Positions 8,601 through 17,526 of a DNA stretch of 64,000 bases are shown here, one piece after another; the stretch's first letter is position 1, and every line of letters begins with the position of its first letter. The notes below the pieces were generated by a model. It had not been told where the DNA came from. It saw only the letters and a program-made list of their open reading frames with translations, and searched no databases. The stretch lies in assembly GCA_947471985.1 (NCBI GenBank), contig CANIZL010000009.1:21810-85809 (forward strand), given 5' to 3'. Origin of the DNA: Verrucomicrobiota bacterium. Lineage in GTDB: Bacteria > Verrucomicrobiota > Verrucomicrobiia > Limisphaerales > UBA9464. The translations under genes were made by a program, and so were the position numbers.

Positions 8601-9770
8601 ATGAATTCCCGAGTTCTTTTGGCCTGCGTGGTGGCGGGTTGCCTTACCGGTTGCGCGGGTCTGGTCTTTGAACCTGCCCCGGGTGGATCGGCCCCGTCGC
8701 CGACGCCCGAGCGTCCTCCCAGCGCGCCGGCTCCGGCGCCTTCCACCTCCTCCAAATCGGGCGCCAGCAGCGGCGGTGGACGGCGAACTCCGTCGACTCC
8801 CACGCCACCGCCAGCCAGCCCTTCGGCTCCCGCTCCTGCGCCGGTTCCGGTGCCGGCGCCCAAATCTTCGGCCGATGTCCCGGGATCCGTGGGCGACGCC
8901 ATTCGCCGCAATCGCGGGGCGGATCGGCTGGTGCTGCGGGATGCCAATCGCCCGGTGCTGGAGTTCCAGGCGCGGCCGTTGCTGCCGGCGGGTGTGCCCG
9001 AGCTGTATCGCCGCGGGGGGTACGTCGCCCGGATCTTTACGCCGAGCGGTCGTTTGATCAGCGATGATTTTGCCCCGAAGCACATTCATCATCACGGCCT
9101 TTGGGCGGCCTGGACCAAGACGGCTTTTGAAGGGCGGCACCCGGACTTCTGGAACATGGGCGAAGGCAAGGGCCGCGTGCAGTTCCTGGATTTGGATGTG
9201 TCCACCGCCACGCACGTGCGTTCCCGCCAGCGGTATGTCGATATGACCGTGGTGCCGGAAAAAGCGGCGCTGGAGGAAACCTTCGACGTGCAGCTGCGGC
9301 CATCGATCGCGGGCGCCCGTCCGGCGCACGTGTTTGATGTCACCCTGACCCAGAATTGCCTCACGGCATCACCGCTGGAGCTTTCCGAGTATCTGTACGG
9401 CGGATTGGGTTTCCGGGGCAACCGGGATTGGGACGGGGCGGCGAACTGCCAGTTCCTGACCAGTGAAGGGATTTCGGATCGGGTCCAGGCGCACGCGACC
9501 AGGTCCCGTTGGTGTCACATCAGTGGGTTGGTGGACGGACGACGCGCGGGGATAGTGATCCTCTGTCATCCGGGCAATTTCCGGGCTCCGCAGCCGATGC
9601 GGGTGCACCCGAACGAGCCGTTTTTCTGCTATGCCCCACCGGCCGGCGGGACCTTCAGCATTCAACCGGGGAAACCGTATTCCGCTCGGTATCGCTGTGT
9701 GACCTTCGACGGCGAGCCGGACCGGGCCTGGCTCGATCAACTCTGGCAGCAATTCGCGGCGGGGCAGTAA
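8601..9770 (+). CDS. Lipoprotein with Pro/Ser-rich linker and DUF6807 ('PmoA family') domain
   Basis: Lipobox LTGC; long P/S/A linker; DDFAPKHIHHHGLW, DFWN, YGGLGFRG, HPxNFRAPQP motifs. Confidence 0.75.
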   Translation: MNSRVLLACVVAGCLTGCAGLVFEPAPGGSAPSPTPERPPSAPAPAPSTSSKSGASSGGGRRTPSTPTPPPASPSAPAPAPVPVPAPKSSADVPGSVGDAIRRNRGADRLVLRDANRPVLEFQARPLLPAGVPELYRRGGYVARIFTPSGRLISDDFAPKHIHHHGLWAAWTKTAFEGRHPDFWNMGEGKGRVQFLDLDVSTATHVRSRQRYVDMTVVPEKAALEETFDVQLRPSIAGARPAHVFDVTLTQNCLTASPLELSEYLYGGLGFRGNRDWDGAANCQFLTSEGISDRVQAHATRSRWCHISGLVDGRRAGIVILCHPGNFRAPQPMRVHPNEPFFCYAPPAGGTFSIQPGKPYSARYRCVTFDGEPDRAWLDQLWQQFAAGQ

Positions 9771-9776
9771 GTCGGG

Positions 9777-9797
9777 GCGGGTGGGTCAGCCACCCGC
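9777..9797. terminator. Hairpin between convergent genes, possible bidirectional terminator
   Basis: GCGGGTGG-gtcag-CCACCCGC 8-bp stem; no strong U-tract. Confidence 0.4.
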
Positions 9798-9807
9798 ATC
9801 CCGGCGC

Positions 9808-12015
9808 CTAGTGCAGTTGGCCTTCGTGCTCCTTGATGTAGTCCTGCTTGAGGCCGAGCTGCTCCGGCGCGTGCAGGACGAGCATCTTCATCCGGATGTC
9901 CGCCGGTACCGCCGCGCGCGTCAGTTTGGAGATGACGACCATCAACAGGATCGCCAGTGGCACGCACCAGATCGCGGGTTGCTCACAGAGGATGCGGAGC
10001 AGGGGATGGTTGGCCCAGAAAGCATTGAGCGGCTTGAACCCGGCGAACAGGCGGCCCATGGCCCCGGGATCGGTGGCCAGCGAACTCGCGTTGGTCAGGG
10101 CGACGGCGATCAGGGAGCAAATCCCCCCGGTCAACATGCCGACGGCAGCCCCCATCATGGTCATGCCGCGCCACCAGACGCTCATGAAGAGCAGCGGGAA
10201 ATAGCTCGCGGCAGCGATGGCAAACGCCTGACCCACCATGAAATTGATTTCCAGCTTTTCGACAAAACAGCCGAACAGAACGGCGACGCCGCCGACCACC
10301 ATGGCGCACCACTTGAACATCTGCATCCGCTCCGTGGCCGTGGATTTGGGGTACAGAATGCGGCCGTAAACATCGTGGGCCAGGGCACCGGTCATGGACA
10401 CCAGCAATCCCGAAAACGTGGACATAAACGCTGCGAAAGCCCCGGCGCAGGCGATGCCCGAAAGGACCGATCCGAGCACACCATAACGCGCCTTCAGGAT
10501 GGTCGGGAGCTTCAGAACAACGGCATCCGTTCCCTTCACGCCGGTAAGGCCGGTGTACAGATCCGGCATCAAATTGCGTCCGAGCACGCCAAACACCGGC
10601 GGGAAGACGTAGAAGATGCCAATCAGGATCATCACCCACATGGTGGTGCGCTTGGCGGCCGCGCCGTCGGGATTGGTGTAGAACCGGACCAGAATGTGCG
10701 GCAGACCCGCCGTGCCGCAGACGAGGGCGATGATGAGGGAATAGGTGTACAGCAGAGCGTATGGCCGTGCGGCCTCACCTTCGATCTTCGCGGCCTTCGC
10801 CGCCTTCGAGGTCAGGGGACCAAACGGATTGAGCCAGGTGGCGTCGGCAGCCGCTTTGGCCGGGAGGGGAGCGCGCAGGACGGATCCATTCGGAGCCGCG
10901 ATCAGGCGTTCGGCGTCCGCCGTGCTGAGAGCGATGGTGCTGTTTTTTGGTCCGGCCACCAACGTGATGTGGTTTTGGAGCAACGCCTTTTCGAGCCGAC
11001 TCACGATTTCCGCATCCGGGGTGTTCGTCGTATACCGCATGTCGATCGGAAAAGCTGGTAGCGACGCGAGAGTGGTATCCCAGAAGGTGCGTCGCCCCGT
11101 CGCCGATTGATAGATCATGAACGGTACCGGCATGACCATCATCGTGGTTTCACTCGTGGGCGACGTGAATGTTTGGCGCCACGGAGTGATCTCGCGGGGA
11201 ACGAGGGCGTCGTAGGAGCTAAGCAGGAACTGTGCGGAGGTGTTCAGCGCGCCCCCCGGAGTTGCTCCGAGCTGGACCCTCCGGCCTCCACCCACTGCCG
11301 GCTGGATCCGTCGCGCCAGTTCGGGATCGGCATCCAGGGCCGCGACCACCTTCTCCGCGCCGGATTCACCCTGAACCTGCAATTGTTTGCCGTAGCTCCC
11401 GTAAACCAGCACCAGCACGAACACGGGGACCGAGATCGCGAACATCTTCAGCCAGTATTGAAAGGCCTGAACCATGGTGATGCCCTTCATGCCGCCGAGG
11501 GCGACATTGAAGGTGATGACGGCGCCCACCAACACGACGCCGACCCAATACGGCAGGCCTTCGAAGATGTAGGCGAGCGTGGTGCCCGCGCCTTTCATCT
11601 GCGGCATGGTGTAAAAAATGCCGATGAAGAGCACGAAGATGACCGCGATCTTCCGGAACAGCGGCGAGTCGTAGCGTCCTTCGGCAAAGTCGGGGATCGT
11701 GTACGCCCCGAAACGTCGCAGCGGTCCCGCAATGAACAGCAGGAGAAACAGGTAACCGCAGGCGTAGCAGACCGGATACCAGAGGGCATCGTAGCCGCTG
11801 GACATCACCATCCCGGCCACACCCATGAAACTGGCGGCGCTCAGGTATTCGCCGGAAATGGCGGAGGCATTCCAACCAACGGAAACCCCCCGGCCGGCGA
11901 CGAAGAAGTCGGCGGCGGATTTGGATTTCCGGGAGGCCCAGAATCCCATGAAAATGGTCGCCAGCACCGTGATGGCGCTGAGAACTACGATGGACGGATC
12001 AACAGCGGCGAGCAT
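9808..12015 (-). CDS. Sodium:solute symporter, ActP (cation/acetate symporter)-like, with large insertion
   Basis: FFVAGRGV..NASAISGEYLSAASFMG, LRRFGAYTIPDFAEGRY, GGMKGITMVQAFQY, GTAGLPHILVRFYTNPD, AAFMSTFSGLL. Confidence 0.88.
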   Translation of the reverse strand: MLAAVDPSIVVLSAITVLATIFMGFWASRKSKSAADFFVAGRGVSVGWNASAISGEYLSAASFMGVAGMVMSSGYDALWYPVCYACGYLFLLLFIAGPLRRFGAYTIPDFAEGRYDSPLFRKIAVIFVLFIGIFYTMPQMKGAGTTLAYIFEGLPYWVGVVLVGAVITFNVALGGMKGITMVQAFQYWLKMFAISVPVFVLVLVYGSYGKQLQVQGESGAEKVVAALDADPELARRIQPAVGGGRRVQLGATPGGALNTSAQFLLSSYDALVPREITPWRQTFTSPTSETTMMVMPVPFMIYQSATGRRTFWDTTLASLPAFPIDMRYTTNTPDAEIVSRLEKALLQNHITLVAGPKNSTIALSTADAERLIAAPNGSVLRAPLPAKAAADATWLNPFGPLTSKAAKAAKIEGEAARPYALLYTYSLIIALVCGTAGLPHILVRFYTNPDGAAAKRTTMWVMILIGIFYVFPPVFGVLGRNLMPDLYTGLTGVKGTDAVVLKLPTILKARYGVLGSVLSGIACAGAFAAFMSTFSGLLVSMTGALAHDVYGRILYPKSTATERMQMFKWCAMVVGGVAVLFGCFVEKLEINFMVGQAFAIAAASYFPLLFMSVWWRGMTMMGAAVGMLTGGICSLIAVALTNASSLATDPGAMGRLFAGFKPLNAFWANHPLLRILCEQPAIWCVPLAILLMVVISKLTRAAVPADIRMKMLVLHAPEQLGLKQDYIKEHEGQLH

Positions 12016-12024
12016 GGCGGGAAA

Positions 12025-12354
12025 TTAGGGCTGCGGACGGGAGTTGCTTTTCTGCGCTTGGACGGCCGTGACCTCGGCGTTTTCCAAGGCAATGGAGCGC
12101 CGGATGAAAACCCAGGCGATGAGCCAGACGAACGGAAAGAACAGGACTCCGAGCAGCAGCCAGGTCAGCGTGAATCCGCCCACGCGTCCCGACATCAGCT
12201 CGGGCGCGAAATAATTCAACAGGGGCAATCCCAGCAGGGCGCAGAGAAACGCCGCCGCGCAGGCGATGGACAGGCGCAGTTGGCGCCGCATCAACTGACG
12301 CAGGAACGCTTCCGAGTGCAGGTGTTCCGCCGACTGAGGCTCGCGGGAGTTCAT
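12025..12354 (-). CDS. DUF485 (YjcH-like) small membrane partner of the symporter
   Basis: 2 TM helices, immediately upstream of the ActP-like gene as in yjcH-actP. Confidence 0.75.
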   Translation of the reverse strand: MNSREPQSAEHLHSEAFLRQLMRRQLRLSIACAAAFLCALLGLPLLNYFAPELMSGRVGGFTLTWLLLGVLFFPFVWLIAWVFIRRSIALENAEVTAVQAQKSNSRPQP

Positions 12355-12532
12355 GGCCGCGAAATGAAGCGGAGAATCGCGGTCGGGGAAAGAAAACGGG
12401 GCGGCACGCTTCAGGATTCCTTTGCCGACGGGTGACCCGCAGCGGAGCGTGGTTCGGGGCTTTTTCGACGGTGCGACGCCGGATCAATTCGAGGCGTGCG
12501 AGATCCGACGAAGGAAGCCCGGTGGAGAAAAA

Positions 12533-13606
12533 ATGATGAAAGCCGAGCGTCGTTTGCGGGTGGGTCTCTTGGGAGGTGGCCCCATCGCGCAAATCGCCCA
12601 CTTCGATGCGCTGCACAAGGCGCGCAATGCCGAGCTGTACGCCCTGTGCGAGGCGGCACCGGATTTGCGGGCGCGCATGTCCACCGTGCACGCACCGACG
12701 GTGGCGTACGCCGACTATGCGGAAATGCTCGCGGATCCGCGGGTCGAGGCGGTGCTCATCGGCATCGCCGACGCGTATCATGTGCCGCGGGCGTTGGAGG
12801 CACTGGCCGCCGGGAAACATGTCCTGGTGGAGAAACCCCTCGGTGTGTCCGTCGAGGAAGTGGAGGCCCTGCGGGATCGCGTTCGCCAGCGGCAATTAAT
12901 TCTGCAGGTCGGGAACAACCGGCGATTCGATCCCGGCGTGGCCTTTGCCCGCGATTTCCTGCGGAGCGAAGTCGGAGCCCTACTGGCGTTCAAGGCGTGG
13001 TATTACGATTCCACCCGCCGCTACACGATGACGGACAATCTCCAGCCGATTCCCGTGCTGAGCGAATCGGCCCAGCGACCGTCCGGGAATCCCAAGGCCG
13101 ACAAACGGCGCTACTTTCTACTGACGCATGGCAGTCACCTGGTGGACACCGCGCGGTTTCTCGGGGGCGAACTGATCGCCGTGCGCGCGCGGCGATTGGA
13201 ACGGGCCGGGGCCTATTGCTGGTTCGTCGACGTGGACTTTGCCAGTGGCGCATTGGGCCATTTGGATCTGAGTGTCCCGGTGCGGGGCGACTTTGAGGAG
13301 GGCTTCCAAATTCACGGCGAGGGCGGGAGCGTTCAAGGCCGGGCGGCACTGCCGTGGTTTCATAAATCCAGCGTGGTGGAAGCCTACTCCGAAGCGGATC
13401 GGCAGTATCGTCGGCCGCTCGGCGAGGATGCCCACACGTACAAGCTGCAGGTCGAGGGATTTGCCGACACCATTCTGAACGGCACACCGCAACACGGGGC
13501 CAACGTCGACGATGGTGTGGCGGCTGTGCGGGCCTTGGTCGCGATTGCCCGTTCGGCGGAATCGGGCGAATGGGTGCGCCTGTCGGAAGTCACCGGGACC
13601 GTCTGA
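12533..13606 (+). CDS. Gfo/Idh/MocA family oxidoreductase
   Basis: VGLLGGGPIA Rossmann motif, HVLVEKP, GNNRRFDP, HGSHLVD. Confidence 0.9.
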   Translation: MMKAERRLRVGLLGGGPIAQIAHFDALHKARNAELYALCEAAPDLRARMSTVHAPTVAYADYAEMLADPRVEAVLIGIADAYHVPRALEALAAGKHVLVEKPLGVSVEEVEALRDRVRQRQLILQVGNNRRFDPGVAFARDFLRSEVGALLAFKAWYYDSTRRYTMTDNLQPIPVLSESAQRPSGNPKADKRRYFLLTHGSHLVDTARFLGGELIAVRARRLERAGAYCWFVDVDFASGALGHLDLSVPVRGDFEEGFQIHGEGGSVQGRAALPWFHKSSVVEAYSEADRQYRRPLGEDAHTYKLQVEGFADTILNGTPQHGANVDDGVAAVRALVAIARSAESGEWVRLSEVTGTV

Positions 13607-13626
13607 ATTCACACCGCTCCGGGACC

Positions 13627-14460
13627 ATGCAACTGGGCATCTTCGCCAAAACCTTTGCTCGTCCAACGCTCGGCGAAATTTTGGATGCGGTGGTGCGGCA
13701 CGGGGTCACCACCGTGCAGTTCAATTTTGCGTGTGCGGGATTGGACACCCTGCCTGAGGTGGTGACCGCCGCACAGTTGGAGGCGATCCGGGGCGAACTC
13801 GTACGCCGACAGCTCCACGTCGCGGCGGTTTCGGGCACGTTTAATCTCCTTCATCCGGATGCCGACGCTCGGCGTGCGGGTTTTCGGCGGTTCCCGGAGC
13901 TGCTGCGGGCTTGCGCTGCGCTGGCCGTGCCGGTCGTTACGTTGTGCACTGGAACCAAGGATCCGGACGACATGTGGCGGGCCCATCCGGCGAACGGATC
14001 GCCTGCCGCCTGGCGCGAGATGCGGGCGGGGTTGGAGAATCTGCTGACCGCCGCCGAGGCGGCGGGCATAACGCTGGCCGTCGAACCGGAAGCCGGGAAT
14101 GTGGTCGGCACGGCTCGCCAAGCCCGGCAGTTGCTCGATGAACTCCGATCCCCGCGGCTGGGCATCGTGCTGGATGCGGCCAACCTGGTGACCCCGGCCC
14201 TACGGTCGCGACAGCGCGAGGTGGTGGATGAGGCGTTTGACCTGCTGGGGCCGGACATTGTCCTGGCGCATGCGAAGGAATTGGGTCCGGAGGGCCATCC
14301 TGATGGGCGGGGGGCGGGTCGCGGAATTCTTGAATGGGAGCATTTGCGCGAACGTTTGTGTCAGGCAGGGTTTGCCGGCGCCTGGATATTGCACGGACTG
14401 CCCGAGGAGGAGGTGCCCGCAAGTGTGGACTTCCTCCGTGACCAATTGATAAAGAGCTGA
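13627..14460 (+). CDS. Sugar phosphate isomerase/epimerase (xylose isomerase-like TIM barrel)
   Basis: LAVEPE, LDAAN, HAK metal-ligand motifs; follows the oxidoreductase. Confidence 0.85.
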   Translation: MQLGIFAKTFARPTLGEILDAVVRHGVTTVQFNFACAGLDTLPEVVTAAQLEAIRGELVRRQLHVAAVSGTFNLLHPDADARRAGFRRFPELLRACAALAVPVVTLCTGTKDPDDMWRAHPANGSPAAWREMRAGLENLLTAAEAAGITLAVEPEAGNVVGTARQARQLLDELRSPRLGIVLDAANLVTPALRSRQREVVDEAFDLLGPDIVLAHAKELGPEGHPDGRGAGRGILEWEHLRERLCQAGFAGAWILHGLPEEEVPASVDFLRDQLIKS

Positions 14461-14463
14461 ATT

Positions 14464-15306
14464 ATGCGTCGGTTCCAACACGAGGGTTTGAGCTTTCATT
14501 ACCGCGAAGCGGGCGAAGGGACGCCCTTCATCTTTCAACACGGGTTAAGCGGCGACATCAGCCAACCCTTCGGCCTGTTTCAACCTCCCCGCGGTTTCCG
14601 GATGCTGGCCTTCGACTGCCGGGGCCACGGCAAGACGTGTCCGCTCGGGGATTTGTCCCGGATCAGCTTCACCACCTTTGCCGACGACCTGCGGGCCTTC
14701 ATGGATCACGCGGACATTGATCGGGCGATCGTGGGCGGTGTCTCCATGGGGGCGGCGGTGGCCTTGAACTTTGCGCTCCGGTATCCGCGGCGCGTGCGCG
14801 GATTGGTGCTGTCGCGGCCCGCGTGGCTGGAGGCGCCGAATCCCTGGAACGTGGAACATTTCTCCCTGGTGACCCGCCTGATCCGCGAGCACGGGCCCAA
14901 GGAAGGGATGGAGCAATTCAAGGCGACGGAAGCGTATCAGCAATTGGCGAAATCCTCACCGGCGGTGGCGTCCTCGCTGGCGGCGCAATTCGATTCCCCC
15001 AATAGTCAGCAAAGTGCGGCGTTGGTTGATCGGATCATTCATGATCGACCGCATCCGGATCGCCGGGCCTGGGGCACGATTCGGGTACCGACGTTGGTGC
15101 TCGCGAATCTTCAGGATCCGGTTCATCCCTTTGAGTACGGCCAGGCGCTGGCCGAAGCCATCCCGGACGCCTGGTTCCGGGAGATCGCTTCCAAATCGGT
15201 CAGCCCGCAACGGCACGCCGTGGAGACGGCACGGTCGCTGAAGGAGTTTTTCGACGCCTATTTCAGCGGGGGCGCTGATGAGGATTCGGTGCTCGACGAA
15301 TTTTGA
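14464..15306 (+). CDS. Alpha/beta fold hydrolase
   Basis: FQHGLSG, FDCRGHG, GGVSMGA, DPVH. Confidence 0.88.
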   Translation: MRRFQHEGLSFHYREAGEGTPFIFQHGLSGDISQPFGLFQPPRGFRMLAFDCRGHGKTCPLGDLSRISFTTFADDLRAFMDHADIDRAIVGGVSMGAAVALNFALRYPRRVRGLVLSRPAWLEAPNPWNVEHFSLVTRLIREHGPKEGMEQFKATEAYQQLAKSSPAVASSLAAQFDSPNSQQSAALVDRIIHDRPHPDRRAWGTIRVPTLVLANLQDPVHPFEYGQALAEAIPDAWFREIASKSVSPQRHAVETARSLKEFFDAYFSGGADEDSVLDEF

Positions 15307-15366
15307 TCCGCCGGGTTTCCCGGGTGGACTTGGCCGGATTGGGCGGCGAGCGTTCGGGCATTCCCC

Positions 15367-16287
15367 ATGAACATTCATCATCTCGAGCTGTTCTACTATG
15401 TAGCGCGGCACGGTGGGATCATGCCCGCAGTTCGCAACATGCCCTACGGGATCCAGCAACCCGCGGTCAGCGGACAGATTATTCAATTGGAAGGCGATCT
15501 CGGGCTTAAGCTTTTCAATCGCCGACCCTTTGAACTCACCGACGCGGGGCGCGAGCTGTTTGAGTTTGTGCAGCCATTTTTTGCGACGGTGGATCAGTTG
15601 GCGGAAAAGCTGCGCGGAGGCGTTGCCCAGAGCCTTCGCCTGGCGGCACCGGACATGGCGCTGCGGGAGCATCTTCCGGAGGTGCTCAAGTTTGTCCGCA
15701 GCAAATTTCCCAAACTGACGCTGACCCTGCGGGCGGCCCATCAGCCGCAGGTCGCGGATTGGCTGGTGCGTCACGAGATCGATTTCGCCATCACGCTGAT
15801 TGAAGGGCGCCCGGCTCCCGGGGTGAACTCGGAGGTGTTCCTGGAATTTCCCGTGGCGTTGATCGTCCCGCAGGCGCATCCGGGCAAGACGGCGGATCAA
15901 ATCCTGGATGCCTTCGCGGCCGGTCAATCGGCTGGCGAGCGGGCGGGCAAGGCGGCTCCAGCCCTGCCATTGATCGCGCTGCCCGCCAATGAAACCGCCA
16001 CGCGACGCTTTCGGGAGTTTCTCAACAAACGCGGTCTGGAATGGCCGACCAGTATCGAGGTCACCGCCTTGGAATTGATTGGTACCTATGTGGCCGCCGG
16101 ATTTGGGTTGGGCATATCGCTCGCCATTCCGGGAGCGCGTCTACCCGCCGGGGTGCGGGTCCTGCCCATTGAGGGGATTCCCCTGGTGAAACTGGGTGCG
16201 TACTGGCGGGGCAAGCCGACCCCGGTGATGGAACTTTTGCTGCAAGGGCTTCGCGGCCGGGCGGCAGCGGCGAAGCGGTTGCCCTAG
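15367..16287 (+). CDS. LysR family transcriptional regulator
   Basis: N-terminal HTH (LELFYYVARHGG..QQPAVSGQIIQLEGDLGLKLFNR..LTDAG) plus substrate-binding domain. Confidence 0.92.
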   Translation: MNIHHLELFYYVARHGGIMPAVRNMPYGIQQPAVSGQIIQLEGDLGLKLFNRRPFELTDAGRELFEFVQPFFATVDQLAEKLRGGVAQSLRLAAPDMALREHLPEVLKFVRSKFPKLTLTLRAAHQPQVADWLVRHEIDFAITLIEGRPAPGVNSEVFLEFPVALIVPQAHPGKTADQILDAFAAGQSAGERAGKAAPALPLIALPANETATRRFREFLNKRGLEWPTSIEVTALELIGTYVAAGFGLGISLAIPGARLPAGVRVLPIEGIPLVKLGAYWRGKPTPVMELLLQGLRGRAAAAKRLP

Positions 16288-16393
16288 TTTCCTGGGAGCG
16301 GCCGGGCGAATGCCGCGACATCACTGGCCAGCGAACCTGGCTCCTTATATCCGTGCCGCGGAAGTGGCGCAGAAGCATTGAGATCAACCCGGG

Positions 16394-17068
16394 ATGAATT
16401 TCGATTTGAATCGCGATGGATACGGTTGGGTTCATCAAGCCATGGATCCGGGCGCCGTGCGGCAACTCCTGATGGAGCTCGGACCCAGCGTCGGGGCCGG
16501 GCGTCGCGGATTGCTGTCGGTGCCGCAAGTTGAGGCTCTCGCCCGGTCCAAGGCGTGGCTCGATTGGGTTCGTCCTCATCTGCCACTCCCGCCGGTTCCT
16601 GTGCGGGCGATCTATTTTGATAAACACGCGGACGCGAATTGGCTCGTTACCTGGCACCAGGATCTCACCCTGGCGGTGCGGGAGCGCGTGGAAGTGCCGG
16701 GCTTTGGTCCCTGGAGTTTGAAGGGCGGCGTGCCCCATGTGCAGCCGCCGATTCCCTTGCTGGAACAGATGTTGACCGTGCGATTGCATCTGGATGCGGC
16801 GGCGGAAACCAACGGAGCCCTCTGCGTGCTGCCGGGCACGCATCGGCTGGGGCGATTGAGCCCGGAGCGGATTCAGGCGCTGCGGACGGAACAGTCGGAA
16901 GTGGTCTGCCGCGCGGCGGCGGGGGATGTGCTGCTGCTGCGACCGCTCTTGCTCCACGCGTCGGGGCGGTCGCACGTGGGCGGGCGACGTCGCATTCTGC
17001 ACGTGGAATACGCCGGGTTTGCGTTGCCCGCCGGACTTCAGTGGGCGGAAACGGCCGGAGAGGGGTGA
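16394..17068 (+). CDS. Phytanoyl-CoA dioxygenase (PhyH) family Fe(II)/2OG enzyme
   Basis: WHQD (HxD), RLHLD, NGALCVLPGTH, LLHAS, RRILHVEY. Confidence 0.88.
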   Translation: MNFDLNRDGYGWVHQAMDPGAVRQLLMELGPSVGAGRRGLLSVPQVEALARSKAWLDWVRPHLPLPPVPVRAIYFDKHADANWLVTWHQDLTLAVRERVEVPGFGPWSLKGGVPHVQPPIPLLEQMLTVRLHLDAAAETNGALCVLPGTHRLGRLSPERIQALRTEQSEVVCRAAAGDVLLLRPLLLHASGRSHVGGRRRILHVEYAGFALPAGLQWAETAGEG

Positions 17069-17201
17069 GGTGGGGCCTGCGGCGCCGGAAGGAACCGGAC
17101 CCGGGACGGCTTCGCCAGGAGCCTGTTTCCGCAGCGAAACTCTCGAATTGAGAAAAATGCTTATTACCTGAAACTTATTCTTAGATGTTCCTAGTAGTAC
17201 T

Positions 17202-17310
17202 GGTGGCGTGAATGAGTCATTCAACTGCCACGACTGAGCGGGTGTCCTACCCCACTCCTTGGTCGCCGATGGGCCGCCCGGCTCCCCCTGTCCGGGCGGC
17301 CCGTTTTTTT
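17202..17310 (+). ncRNA. Candidate ~110-nt small RNA or structured leader
   Basis: AT-rich promoter-like upstream (tagtagtact); three hairpins, the last a perfect terminator. Not matched to a family I recognise. Confidence 0.45.
17271..17310 (+). terminator. Rho-independent terminator
   Basis: GGGCCGCCCGG (17271-81) / CCGGGCGGCCC (17292-302) 11-bp stem followed by gTTTTTTT. Confidence 0.88.
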
Positions 17311-17526
17311 GTCCGATACTGATTGATTCCAGTAGTCACGCCCTGCGTCGCTGAATCGCATCCGGTGTGCTTAAATATTGAAAATCAAATGTTTGTAGCG
17401 CTTCCCGGGCCGCAATGAATGAGGAGTGAACGGGCCCGGGAGGACGATCCGGATCCGGGAAAATCGGGGGAATCGGCAGATTTCCGGGGCGCGGAGGCGG
17501 AACGCCTGCTTAGTTGGTGCGACTCG

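Noticed and set aside
8601-9770. 'PmoA family' as a sign of methanotrophy
   Set aside because: Soluble lipoprotein with no pmoCAB context; unrelated to particulate methane monooxygenase.
17231-17260. CTGAG..ACCC resembling part of a TPP riboswitch
   Set aside because: No following CCTGA/GGATAATGCC/GGGA core, and no thiamine genes downstream.
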